A DNA stretch of 64,000 bases from Squalus acanthias (taxonomy: Eukaryota): assembly GCA_030390025.1 (NCBI GenBank), contig CM059439.1, positions 59,954,001 to 60,018,000 on the forward strand, read 5' to 3'. Under the pieces are notes generated by a model. It was not told the origin of the DNA and did not search any database. It saw only the letters and a program-made list of their open reading frames with translations. A program made the position numbers and the translations under genes. Position 1 is the first letter of the stretch. Each line of letters starts with the position of its first letter. Shown here one piece after another: positions 1-13,400 of the stretch.

Positions 1-391
1 TTATTTACATTTTTAATTTTTTTAAATCTCCAACAATAATTAAAATCTGAAGGAATGAGACTCCACATTTGTAAAAGTTAATTTTCAGTGCCAGAGAGGT
101 TTTTTGGCAGTAGTTAACACTTATCACGCTATTAAAAATTTACTTACACTGGAATGGACAAGCCCTAACTTTTTCTGGCGAGTTTAGTGGGTGTATATCA
201 CGAAAGTGCAACAACTGTTCCATGTATTTCAATGCTGAGTTTCTCGGCGAGATACAGATAACTCGGACAGCAACTTTCTGATTTCCGTGTTTAACTGCGC
301 ATGTGCGGTCGCTGGAAGTTGCTGACGATTTACTCATTAATAACGGTGAGCGCTGTTTGCCTGAGGTTATTTCTACAGCAAAATCTGGCCC
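1..391 (-). mobile_element. Arm of a PIF/Harbinger-like MITE (family of 52035-54408), cut by window start
   Basis: Reverse-complement similarity to 52035-52450; ends in TIR GCAAAATCTGGCCC followed by ATT. Confidence 0.7.
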
Positions 392-424
392 ATTGTTATT
401 TTTGAGGACAGCTAGTGCAGCATC

Positions 425-640
425 TGGATTGACAACCCTCCTGGATTGTCTGGGAGTCACCAGGAATGGAAGACAAATCTCCCAGGCACTGTTGCTAGCA
501 ACCTGAGGGAAAAGCAGAGCTTTGCACCTGTGGTTTGTGCCGGAGTATTCTCTTTACCTGCACACGGGCGGACTCCCGATTCTCGGAACTTCTCATGCAA
601 AACCAGGAGCAAAGACACTCAATTACAGGGGACTCAACCT
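425..640. mobile_element. Degenerate hAT-type MITE fragment related to 46220-47000
   Basis: ggattgacaaccctcctggattgtc...atctcccaggcactgttgctag resembles the reverse complement of 46930-47000. Confidence 0.4.
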
Positions 641-1283
641 TTATAAGGTGAATTTGAATAACATTTGCAAACTGCAGGCAAGTATCACATGATCAAAGGT
701 CACGCGATTAACCCTTCAGGAATATGTCTAAACAGAATTGGCAACCATACACCAGGCGGTGGAAGTACATCCAGAGCCAGGGCAAGGAAACAGAATGAAC
801 GTCTTTCTTCACAGGTGCAGTGCAACTTACATAAGGTGACATGTCGGGCACCAACATGAAAATCTGCCATTAAGACTCTATGGCCTCAGTTGGGTCACTT
901 GAGTATCAAGCAACCAACTGTACAGCAAAGTGCAACCTCAATACTTAGTACAGCATTACAGCTATAACTTCCAGTGTGAAATTAAACAACCTTAGCAAAC
1001 TTTTTACTATTTACTTTACAGATAAGATTTTAAAAAAAGCTAAGAGTGAAATCTGCAGGTGCTACGAAATTTACTTGATTAACTGGAATTAAATAAGACC
1101 CCCCCCCCCCCGAATGAAAGATGATAGATGGGAAAACCAAAAACCATCGTTCCTTTTATCTAGAAACTAACATTTGTGCTGGTATTTCCAGTTGTATCAC
1201 TAGGGGGCATTATCTACCCAGCTTGATGGAAGCAAAAATATCCTTTTTAGATTTAGTCCAATGCCGCAGTAGCAGTAGCTTAC

Positions 1284-1415
1284 CAATGGTCCTCCCGTTC
1301 TTCAGCCAAATTAACGTAGGTGGAGGAATGCCAGTAGCATCACATGCAAAAGTGACAGGGTTGCTAATGACCTCATTGATTGTTTCTTCTGCCAAGCCTT
1401 CAATAGTGGGTGGGA
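1284..1415 (-). CDS. HMCN1: HMCN1 exon 19 in window: [44 protein letters not shown]
   Basis: ORF 1210..1395; acceptor ctcctgcag, donor gtaagc; 132 nt. Confidence 0.95.
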
Positions 1416-4400
1416 CTGCAGGAGAAACAGAACAATTGAGTGATGCATGATTGTAACTTCATGTGTTTCCTAGCAGATACTGAGGGTGACTTGGAGCTTT
1501 CGGTTTATCTGGCTGCATAGGAAAATGGCCAAGATTTGCAGTGCCTCTTCCTGTATTACGCTCCTCCGGTTGTGCACATTTAAGAGGCACTTAACAAACA
1601 TGTGATTGGCAATCCTTTTCCTGCAATGCAATTTGTATTTAGACACATCACTGTATTGCAGAAACATTATCCATCCACTCGTGAGCGACATCATCACAGT
1701 GAAAATGTGCATAGCGACAAAGACACTGTCCCTTATCACTCTGCCACACAACCTTTTCCCCTCCTCACCTCAGGCTGCTGGTTCGTCCAAATGTTTCCCT
1801 GAAATACCTCACCCAAGTGTCCATACTTTCTTTGTGAATCCATATGGTAAGTGTCAGCAGGATATTCAACTATGGGACCATCACAATCAAGCTCAATTCT
1901 ATCCTGGCACAATACACAGAGAAAATACACAGAGAAAGCGCACACGCACACACTCCAGTAGAGGCATGAGCTGGTTTATTTTTATGCTGCTTAGCCTGGA
2001 GGGACTGAGGTCAATTACAGCCTTTTTCCTGCAAGGGAGCAGCTAACTTGGTATAGAGCTGGGATTAAATCTGGGACCCTCCTCAGTGTATGTACTTACG
2101 GAGGCATCAGGGTACCTCAGCAATGGTGCTTTAAAAAGATACCATCAAAGGTTTCAGGGAAGGAAACAGCCCAGAAGAGTGTTTCATTTTCAGCCCTGAT
2201 GATGTGTTCTGGCAGGACTGACAATGCATTGTGTATTGTCAAAATGCAGAAGGAAAAATGCCAATGACTTTCTACTGACAATGATGCCCCTTTAAACACC
2301 ACATTATTACACTTTATTAATTCCAAATGAAAGTGGATTAAGCCTAACATGCAGATTAATGAATCATCTCATTAAAGACTATGAATTGCTAGGCTTCTGG
2401 AAGCAGCAGAGATACAAGAAGCACAATATTTCCATGCCCCAGGTCCTGGCACTGAGCTGTTTCCTTTTGTTGCTGTTTGAGATGCCAGAAAAAAACCAAC
2501 AATTTCCAAAAGTTAGCTCCAGATTTTTCGCATTTTGTTTTGCAGCTGGTTTCATAATTCTACTAAAATATGATTATCTACAGCGGACATTTATATATAT
2601 CCAAGTTACTGACATAACTTTAAAAATGTTACCACTTTCTCAACAGCTTACATTTCTATAGTGCTCCTCACTTAGAGAGACATCTCAGAGTGCATTATAG
2701 GCTGTGGTTAATGAGTGGACACTGAGCAGGAGGGAGAGAATGATTAAATGTCAGCCTTCGCTCAGTTGGTAGCACTCTCTCCTGAGTCAGAAGGTTGTGG
2801 GTTCAAGCCCTACTCCAGAGATTTGAGCACATAATCTAGGCTGACACTTCAGTGCAGTACTGAGGGAGTGCTGCACTGTTGGAAGTGCCGTCTTTTGCAT
2901 GAGATGTTAAACAGAGGCCCCGTCAGCCCTCTCAGGTGGATGTAAAAGATCCCATGCCACTTTTCAAAGAAGAGCAGCAGAATTCTCCTGGTGCCCTGGC
3001 CAATATGCAAGTAAGATCACTATAACAGATTGTCAGGTCATGTCTCTCATTGCTATTTGCGGGACCTGGCTGTGCACAAATTGGTTTCCGCATTGCCCTC
3101 CAACTTGAAAAATACTTCATCGGCTTTGGGACGTCCTGAGGCCATGAAAGGCTCTGTATAAAATACAAGTCCTTTCTTTTCCTTTAGGTTGACTCTAGGG
3201 CAGTACTGGAAAGGACTTGTATTTTATATAGCGCCTTTCAGTACTGAGGGAGTGCTGCATTGTTGGAAGTACTGAGGTTCCGTCTGCCCTCTAGGTGGAC
3301 AGCAGGAGAGCTCTTGGCACCACAAACAGATTATCTGGCCATTTATCTCGTGGCTGTTTGTGGGACCTTGCTGTTTGTAGATTGTCTTCTACGTTTACCT
3401 GCACTTCAACAGTTACAACACTTCAAAAGTACTTAATTGGCTGTGAAGCACTTTGGAATGTCTAGTAAGTTCCATCTTTCTAGGAGGAGGCCAAAGCACA
3501 GTGGAAGTGGAGAGTCTTTAATAAAAAGAAAGACTTGCATTTATGTAGCGCCTTTCATGACCACCGGATGTCTCAAAGCGCTTTACAGCCAATGAAGTAC
3601 TTTTGAAGTGGAGTCACTGTTGTAATGTGGGAAATGTGGCAGCCAATTTTGAGCACAGCAAGGTGCCACAAACAGCAATGTGATAATGACCAGATAATCT
3701 GTTTGTGATATGTTGGTTGAGGGATAAATATTGGCCAGGACACCGGGGATAACTCCCCTGCTCTTCTTCGAAATAGTGCCATGGGATCTTTTACGTCCAC
3801 CTGAGAGAGCAGACGGGGCCTCGGTTTAACGTCTCATCCAAAAGACGGCACCTCCGACAGTGCAGTACTGAGGGAGTGTCAGCCTAGCTTTGTGTGCTCA
3901 AGTCCCTGGAGTGGGACTTGAACCCACAACCTTCTGACTCAGAGGCGAGTGTGCTACCCACTGAGCCACAGCTGACACAGGAATAAGCTTTTGAAGGCAG
4001 GAAGGAAGGTGGCATGGTTGATATATTTAGGGAAGGAGTTGCAGAAGATAACATTGTTGGCGAAGGAGTGGGAATCTAGCAAGGACGGGGGTATATGAGA
4101 CTTGGAGCAGGTGAGGGCGTGATTGTAGCTGTCTGGATGGTTTGTAGTTTATGGAAGGTGGAGGTGGGAAGATCAGTAAGGAATGCATTGGAGATCAAGC
4201 AAATCTAAACACCTGTACAAATTTGTGTGGAGTAAATCAAGTCTTGTTTGTATCTACATTGCTATAATTAGCACGTAAGGTGCCAAGAAATAAAGTTAGA
4301 TTTGGAATATAAAATACTGAAACTTTATACTGACATCTACTGACAAAAAACTTCAATGTTTGTATCTGAGGAGAGGGAAATGCACATATTGTCACCAGCT

Positions 4401-7400
4401 TGTTGTCATCTTTTCATCCGAAAACAAGTTAGAGTCAATTGGTTAGTTGAACTTGGCTTTGGTTTTCCTTCGGATAACCCACCATCTCTCCATAATTAAT
4501 ATTTCTACAAAAAAAAACAGCTTACCATGTACATTGAAGTGGAAATTCTTATCCACTTGCCCAGCGACGTTTGTAGCTTTACAGACATACTGGCCAGTGT
4601 CTGAAACCTACAGTGAAAAAATACACAAAAGACATTGTGGAAATCTTCAGAAGTACAGTTGAAAACAATGTAGTTTTATGGGATTTAATAATCTTCATAA
4701 ATTATTGAAGAGGGTTGCATTAGTAACTAATTTAATTTTTTACAATAAAAAGATTATAAATTAAGTAACAAGCAGTAGGTCACTCCTGACTGTTCAGCTT
4801 TTCAATTGTACTGACATTCCAGAAATATAAATGTAATATTTTTGAGGCTCATCCATATTATTTAAATTTAGTTAATCTGAAAGGACAATTTGAACTATCT
4901 GTTTTTGAAAGGGAGCAACTGAGCAGAGATCTTTTAGAAATTTGTTAAGATATTAAACAGTACAGAGCACTAATTGAAGGTAAACTTTGCAAATTCGGAA
5001 CTCGGGGATAAAGGTTCAAATTTAGAACTGACGTTAGGAAGTTCGTCTTCACACAGATTTATCTTCTTCACACAGATTCATCAACACATGAAACTCATTT
5101 CCAGGAAAGGGTTGGGGTGGAAATCTCCAGAATAATTTACGAGTCATTTGGATTCTGCGATGAGGACTGTAGGCTTTATAGATGGATAAGCAAAGGAGGC
5201 TGCGTGGCCTTCTTTCATCTGTATCTGTCTTGTCAAATTCACCTCTTTTCAAAGTTTCTACAACTGTTTTAAGATATATTCCAAATTCTCTCCCAGCTTA
5301 TGGATTTTCCACCCTGGCTTCCCCGATTCACAAAAATACACTGTAGTTTTGCGTGACTGCCAAAATTAAGAAAAAACATTCTTCCTCTGATAGGGTGCCT
5401 GAAATTCTTCTCAATGAAACCCAGGAGAATGTCTGATTTCTTCTGTTATTAATGGCTCACTAATGAAATTGTGGTCATTCATGTCTTTAAAGGTACAACT
5501 TTTGCAAATCTAGTTTCAGTCGTGGTTTATTAATTATGGAGAGAAGTGGGCAAACTCACATTTTGTTTTGATAAAAGAGGAATTTAAACGATGGTGTCTT
5601 ATTTTAGAAGCTAGTCCTCAAGTTCTACATTATTACAGAGCATGGTGAAACTACCATAACACTTTGAAATGGCTATATCTATGTGACCCTACTGAAGCTG
5701 TGAAGTGGGCAGATTAATGATTGCGAGTGGGAATGGGTTAAACGGGCCTGGTACTTCTGAAGAGGGGGTGCGATGGTCAATAAGTATTCAAATGACTGAA
5801 GGTGTCAAGAGGAGTAATTACCTATGGGACAAAGAACAACCAGACTGTATCCCCCATTTTCTAATGGATTTCCTTTTGATGGATTGAATATAAATTTAGA
5901 CTGAAGAAACAACTGCACTCTGGTGAGAGACAGTGTGACAATGTTGTAATATATGTGGGTAGAACAAATGAAGGACAGAGACACAATGAGCTGCTAGTCC
6001 AAGTGCTTGTTTACTAGGCCAAAGCGAACCGAGCATGCTCATACTAAACCATGTGACAAACCATGTGATAACACATTACACTGCTTTCCCCTTAAAAAAA
6101 TGTACAGTACATATTGCCCTCTGAAATACAACAAAACTATGGTCCCACTTTTCCCAGCATTACATGTACCACATAACAAAAACTCCTGGCTTTTTATTTT
6201 TAAATAAATGAACTACAAATCCAGTTTAATAACAGGTTTGCGGAGCCTTGCTGATCTCCTTACAAAAGGTTGTGGTGTTGAACCAATTTTCGGGCTGTTT
6301 TGTTCTGGTTCTGAACTCAAAGATGATCCTGTTTCTATCTCAGATTTGTTTGAATCTGGTACTTCAGCTTTTGAAGTCTGAACGGAGTCAAACTCATGTA
6401 TGTGTTCATGATCAATTGGTTCAAGATCACGTCTTGGTTCATCTCTAGCAGAGATCATTTGATCCAAATGAACACTTCGGATGTTGTCACCAATCTCAAC
6501 CAAATATCTCTTGGTCCCACCAACCTCTATGGTTCCTACATCCCACTTGTGTGAACTCAACTTTCCAGGGGGACTGAGAACACGAACACACTTGTTTTGA
6601 TTGAAACTGCGTTCTTTCTGATTGTTGTCATAATAACGTTTCTGACTCAACTGTTTCTGTTCAACTCTTGAGGCCAAATTCGGTTGAACAAGACTCAATC
6701 GTGTTCTCAATCTCCCCTTCATCAAGAGTTCTGCTAGGGTATATCCAGTTGTAGTGCGCAGAGTAATTCTGTACTTCAGCAAGAAATTTGCCAAACGTTG
6801 CTTCATGCTGAGTCCTGAACAATCCTGCAACACTTGCTTTTTGAGAGCTTCTTTTACTATTCTGACTGACCATTCGGCTGCTCCCGTTTGAAGCTGAATG
6901 ATATGGTGGAACGAGAATGTGTTTGATACCGTTCCATTTCATGATCTCTTGGAATAGAGCAGAACAGAACTGAGGGCCATTGTCAGAAACAAGCTCTTCA
7001 GGTAAGCCATGACATGCAAAGATAGACCTCAACTCATCTATGGTACGTTCAGTTGTAGTATTTGAACCCATGTGTTTCACTTCAATCCACTTTGAGTGAC
7101 TATCTACAAATACCAGGAAATAATAATTTGCTTTCTCACAGAAGTCTACATGTACTCTCTGAAAAAGTCTACTTGGCCATGAGCAGGGTTATAGTGGAGT
7201 TTTGGGTGATTTGTTTCTGCAATTTTGGCAAACGCTGTATTTGCTGACAAGTGATTCAAGATCACTGTCCAATCCAGGCCAGTAAACAAAGCTTCTTGCA
7301 ATTGATTTCATACTGATGATCCCTGGATGTTCAGTATGAAGTTCGGCCAGAATTCTATCTCTCAAAGAAGTAGGTACCACCACTCTGTTTCCCCACTTGA

Positions 7401-10400
7401 TACAAATGTGCTCACAAGACAATTCAGTATGACGGTTATGGAATGGTTTCAATTGTGTCCAGACACTGATCAGTCCATCCATTCAAGGTGTTTTCATACA
7501 CTCTTTTCGTACTGAGTCCTTTTGAGTCTCATTTGCAATCTCCATTGCATTCACGGGAAAGTCTTTGTCAACTGCACCAAGCGTGAAAATCTCACCTTCA
7601 CTCCCAACACACGAGTCCTCATCTGGCAACCTGGACAAGGCTTCTGCGATTGCGTTTTGCTTTGAAGAGCGATATTCAAATCATGTAGTCATATTGTGAC
7701 AACAACACTGCCCAACGTTGCATTCTTGATGCGGCCATTGCCGGGATGGCAGATTAGGGCCCCAATATTGCTAGGAGCGGTTTGTGATTGGTTATCAGGG
7801 TAAACTTTCTGCCGATCAGGAACTGTTGGAATTTCTTGATTCCAAACGCTATGGCGAGTGCTTCCTTTTCAATTTGCACATAGTTTCTTTCGCTCTTTAT
7901 GAGGGTTCGCGATGCGAACGAGATTGGTTTCTCTTGGCCGTCATCCATTACGTGGCTTATGACAGCTCCCACACCGTAGCTGGAAGCATCACACGCTAAC
8001 TTAAGCTCACGCTCTGTGTCATAGTGCACAAGTAGAGCATCGCTAGAGAGACTTCTCTTACAAGCGTCGTAAGCTTCCTGTTGCGCTTTTGTCCACTTCC
8101 ACTGGACATCCTTCTTGAGGAGCTCGTGCATGGTCGCTAACTCGGGTAAGAAACGTGTGTAGTTCTGGACCATTCCAAGGAAGGATCTTAACTCAGACAC
8201 GTTCTGTGGCTTTGGAGCATTGATGACAGCATCAACCTTTTCCTTAACTGGTTGCAAGCCATTTGCATCAACTTTCAGACCAAGCTGCACAAAAGCACTT
8301 TTGCTCCTTTTCAATTTGACATTGTGGGAATTCAACCTTTGAAGCACTAAATCTAACACTTCTAGATTTTCTTCCTCGCTGCTTGTTGCGATAAGCACAT
8401 CGTCTTGATTGCATAAGCAATTTGGAATTCCTTGCAAAATCTTATCCATCGTAGCCGGGAAGATTTTGAGGGAGGACTTCTCTAGCTCTTCCTCCACCTA
8501 ACTTTTCAACGCATAGGGGACCGGCCTTGCCTTACAATAGACAGGCTTCGCGTTGGACTTGATGCGGATATGCGCGTCATATGCAGTGATGCCCTCATAA
8601 CTGTCTGTGAACATGCTTTTGTACTGTTCAGCATTGTGTCGAGTCACTCCTTTGAAGCATCTACACTGAAGATGTTTTTCCAATCTAGCTTTAACTTTCT
8701 CAACCAGTCTTTGCTCATGAGGGTTGGCCTGTTGTTGCAGTTCACTACAATAATAGGCAGCTTTACTGACTGGCCATTGTGTTGAACTGTACATTCCATT
8801 TGTCCACATGTCTCTAGGATTTCTCCGAAGTAGGTTTTTAACTCTACAGTAAGTGGTATCTGATTAAACTTACTCTCATATGTGCCCTTACTCATGATAG
8901 AGCAGTCCGTCACCATGTCGATACACATATCAATATATTGCTCGTTGATCGAAAGTTTTGTATGGAAGTCTTTCTCACGACTGTTAGCGTTGCCGCTAGT
9001 GGCATAGATACTATAGATGCCTAGTTCTTCAACATCAGGTGTGTTCACTTCAATATTGTAAACTCCTCCCTTTTGTTGTCACTGCTTTGCATTGCCATTA
9101 GAATGGTTCTTACTTCCTGCTTTCGATCTAGCTCTGCAAGCTGTTGAAATATGGCCTTGCTTCTGGCAGTGAAAATACTTCACATTTCTGTATTGGCAGG
9201 ACTGTGGTGAGTGATTTCCACTGCAGCGATAACAATTCACTGAACTGCTCTCACCGACATGCTTTTGACTCGATCTCACAGCTTTAGGTTTGGCGGTGGC
9301 TTTGTGACTGTAGACCTCAGCTGCACTAGTCACTTGAGTTGGACGGAGCTCCCTAGCATTCTTAGACACCATCTCCATAGATAGGGCAATTTTGCATGCT
9401 ATGTCAAACGTTAGGTTCGGAGTGTTCAGTAACTTGGACTGTGTGCACTCATCCACCAGTCCACACACAAACTTATCTCACAACGCACGATCCAACAATG
9501 TGCCGAAGTTACAATGCAAAGACAGGTTCTTAAGAGCTACAATGTACTCACTGATGGTTTCACTTTGTTTTTGGTTTCTGGTACCAAACTTACAGCTCTC
9601 TGCTATTTCTAGAGACTTTGGTCAAAATGTTCCTCGAGTTTCTCGACAATGTCTTCAAACGACACATCCTTCGCGTTCCCTGGTGCAGGTTTGTCAATAT
9701 TCCGTAGACATCTGGCCCGACCTCCGTTAGAAAAATTGCTTTCTTCCGTTCACGAATTACTTTATTTTGAGCTTGAACATTCTCATCTGAACCTTCGGTC
9801 TCAATAATGTTATTGGCCCTAAAAAACATCTCAATCCGTTCCATGTAAGAACTGAATGGTTCGCGCGCCTGGGCATTCATGCCAAGGCTTCCGATGAATC
9901 CCGTAGGCACGGCCATGGGGGCAACACGGTGGCATAGTGGTTAGCACTGGTGCCTCACAGCGCCAGGGACCCGGGTTCGAATCTGGCCTCGGGTGACTGT
10001 CTGTGTGGAGTTTGCACATTCTCCCCGTGTCTGCGTGGGTTTCCTCCGGGTGCTCCGGTTTCCTCCCACAGTCCAAAAATGTGCGGGTTAGGTTGATTTG
10101 GCTATGATAAATTGACCCTTAGTGTTAGGGGGGGATTAAATATGTGGGGTTACGGGGATAGGATGGGATATGTTAGGGGGAATTAAATACGTGGGGTTAC
10201 GGGGATAGGGTGGGATATGTGTTGGTGCAGGCTCGATGGGGATTCTGTGTGAGAAAGCAGGGACAGGGTACTGCATTTGGATGATCAGCCATGATCGTAT
10301 TGAATGGTGGAGCAGGCTCGACGGGCCGAATGGCCTACTCCTGCTCCTAGTTTCTATGTCCCAATCCCGTCAAACAGTGACTCAGCACACTACCTGTGTA

Positions 10401-13400
10401 CATGTGCGAATCAACACGAAGGTGAAGCACAGACAATTCTGCATCAGCATTAACAGTAAAACATCGCAAAAATTAAGTTTAGGTGTCACAAATACACCTT
10501 AAACTTTTCCACATGAACGTTGAACACTGTGTCCTTCCATGATCCCTAAAAATGGCTTTGGGATCCCATTCTCGTCGCCAAAAATGTAACATATGTGGGT
10601 AGAACAAATGAAGGACAGAGACACAATGAGCAGCTAGTCCAAGTGCTTGTTTGCTAGGCCAGAACGAATTGAGCATGCTCATACTAAACCATGTGATAAT
10701 ACATTACAAATGTCAGTCTTTTGATTTTCTGATCGGAACTGTTTGTACAGTGTAGAATTGAATATAAAGTTCCTCCTACTGATTAAATAGAAAATAACAG
10801 CAGCTTCATTGGTAATGACAGTGTCCAGCATCCAGGACTTGGACACATAATCTCGGCTGACACATCAATGCAGTAATGAGAGGGTGCGGCATGATCAGAG
10901 GTGTGGTCCTTTGGGTGAAACGTTAAACTGAGGCTGTTTGTCTGTCTGTTTAGGGAGACATAAAAGATCCTACCACTCGAAGAACAGCAGGGGAGTTCTC
11001 CCAGTGTCCTGGCCAACATTTTTCCCTCAACTGACACCAGCAAAACAAATTAGCTGCTCATTTGTCTCTCTGCTGCTGGTGGGACCTTTTTGTGCATCAA
11101 TTGGTTGCTGCATTGCCTACGAAACAGCTGTGACTTCAGTTCAAAAATAATTCACTGGCTGTGAAATAGTGGGGATTGAGTTTCCTGAGGACATGAAAGG
11201 AGTTATATAAAGGAAGTTTGTTCTTCTTTCAGTGTGAATCTCAGGCATGCAGACCAGGAACGTCTAAGGTTTGATCCCTGTGCTGATCTCTGTGGCAGCA
11301 GAGGTGCTACAATCTTCTCTAGTATCTCTTATCCAGGTTCTCCCTCTCCTAATTGGTACCCAGTGATCCGTGGAAAATACATGCGTGTGGACATCTGGTG
11401 AGGCTCAGTTGTGATGCTCTCTGTAGTTGAATAACCATGGACACACCCTATCTAGGCTCATACATGTAGAAGTGACAATTATTAGGAGCATCAGTAAGTT
11501 ATTCAATCATGGAGAGAATCATAATCACGCACGATCCAGGCTACGGGTGAAGAAAATCTTTGCAACTCCAAGGTTTCTGAAATTTTTCCCCATGAGTGGA
11601 AATACTGTGCAGTATTTAATTTAAACCACAGTAATTTAATCACTGGATTCAACTCCAGCCCAGTCTGATGGGATAGTAGTCTCCTCTGTCTGCTGGCTGG
11701 AAGGGTCCCATTTGAAATGTGTTTTAACACTATCAATCCAGTTCCTGGTGGGTAGAGCTTCACTGCCCCTAATTCAGCACTAATTGACAGGATTTCCCAG
11801 ACTAGCAGGATGTTAGGTGTGGGAAATGGAAAAAAAACACTACAGTGGTGCAGTAGGGGGGGGTGCTCTTCTCAGGTAGAGGTTGAGGCACAGTGCAGAG
11901 GCAGAATAGAGGGAGCTTTGCATTTAACTGTACTAAACCTGACCTGGGAGTGCCTGATGCTGGGCGCCTGAAATGTAAAGTGTTCCATTTCCCAGTGCTA
12001 ATTTGATTTCTGTGTCCTGAAACATAAGTAACATATCCTAGAAAATCTTGTTCTGTGCCTTTTGCTGCTTCTTCTCCCCCTCCCCCTCCCCCACAGATGC
12101 TGGCCAGACAGTCTCAATTTGTGTCTAGACTGAAAGGCATTTACAGTGATAAAAAATGCCTCGTTTTACAATAATAGCATCAATACAGTCGGATTAAACT
12201 CAGCAGGCTGGCACTGGGCAGGAGTGAGAGAGTGGCAGTGAGAAAAGAAGAAATGGCAACACAATGCTGTAAAACTGGCATAGGGGGCTGAGCGCAATGG
12301 ACAGGGACCAGAGCTGCAGGAGACTCCATGTTTGGTAGCAGACAAAGGGGTTGTGTAGAAATTCAACTTGCAATTTTCTAGTAAGTTAACAGTCTTCATT
12401 TAAAAAAAAGAGAGACAGTGGCCCTGAAATTCGCCTCTCCGGCTTGCCGCGGGGGTAAGATCGCACGCGCACTTACCTACCGTGCCTGCCGTTGTGTTTT
12501 GGGCCCACGGGAACTTCAGCTCCTGGGCCTGCTCCAACTGCCGGCGCGCAGTGCTTGCGTGTCCCAGGGGCGTAGTTAGTGCGATGCGTCCCCTGGGATC
12601 ACGTGGGCCATGGAGAGCCAATGGCAGCAGACCATCTTTCATTCATAGATTTGACAGGAAGACCTGTCAAATCTATGAATTGAAATCGGCCCCAAAAGAA
12701 CAGCTAAACTTAAAATAAATTTAAAAAAACCATCACATTTATAAAATAACTATAGTTAAATAAATTAACCACTTTAAACAAAAATTTAAATTTTTGAAAA
12801 ATTAAAATACTTTTTAAAAGTGATAAAAATAAACTCACCTTTCTTTAAAGTATCTAAAAAAGATAAAACTGTTGAAATTTTTTTTAAATTATACTTAATT
12901 AACCACTTACCTTGTTGAAAACAGCTCCTGCGCCTCCTTTTTATAATGTGGAGATGCCGGCGTTGGACTGGGGTGGACAAAAATGAGAAGTCGCACAACA
13001 CCAGGTTATAGTCCAACAGATTTATTTAAAATTACAAGCTTTCGGAGCTGTCGCCCCTTCCTCAGGTAGAGTTACTGTGAGAGTCACAGTAACTCTACCT
13101 GAGGAAGGGGCGACAGCTCCGAAAGCTTGTAATTTTAAATAAATCTGTTGGACTATAACCTGGTGTTGTGCGACTTCTCATTTTTGTCCTTTTTATAAGC
13201 GTAGGTTCTTCAATACTTACCCTCCCGTAGAAACATGAAAAAAACCCTAAGTTTGCTGCGTGCGCGCAGCCTCTACCGCGCATACGGTTCACCTAGGAAC
13301 CGCCCCCTTCACCAGACCGGAAGTTCCGGTTTCCCGTGCATGTGCAGTGCATGCAGGAAACCGGCACTTCGGGACGCCTTACGGGTGAGTACTCACCCGG

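Larger units (their letters stand above)
5945..10708 (-). mobile_element. Decayed Ty3/Gypsy LTR retrotransposon
   Basis: LTRs 5945-6080 and 10585-10708 (TG...CA); 5-bp TSD AATGT; PBS TGGCGACGAGAATGGGATC complementary to the tRNA-Ser(GCU) 3' end; PPT AAGGGGAAAGCAG; order gag-PR-RT-RH-IN. Confidence 0.95.

Noticed and set aside
2749-10000. tRNA-like sequences at about 2750-2820, 3905-3978 and 9920-9990
   Set aside because: They continue into SINE bodies and lack a complete cloverleaf, so they are SINE heads and not tRNA genes
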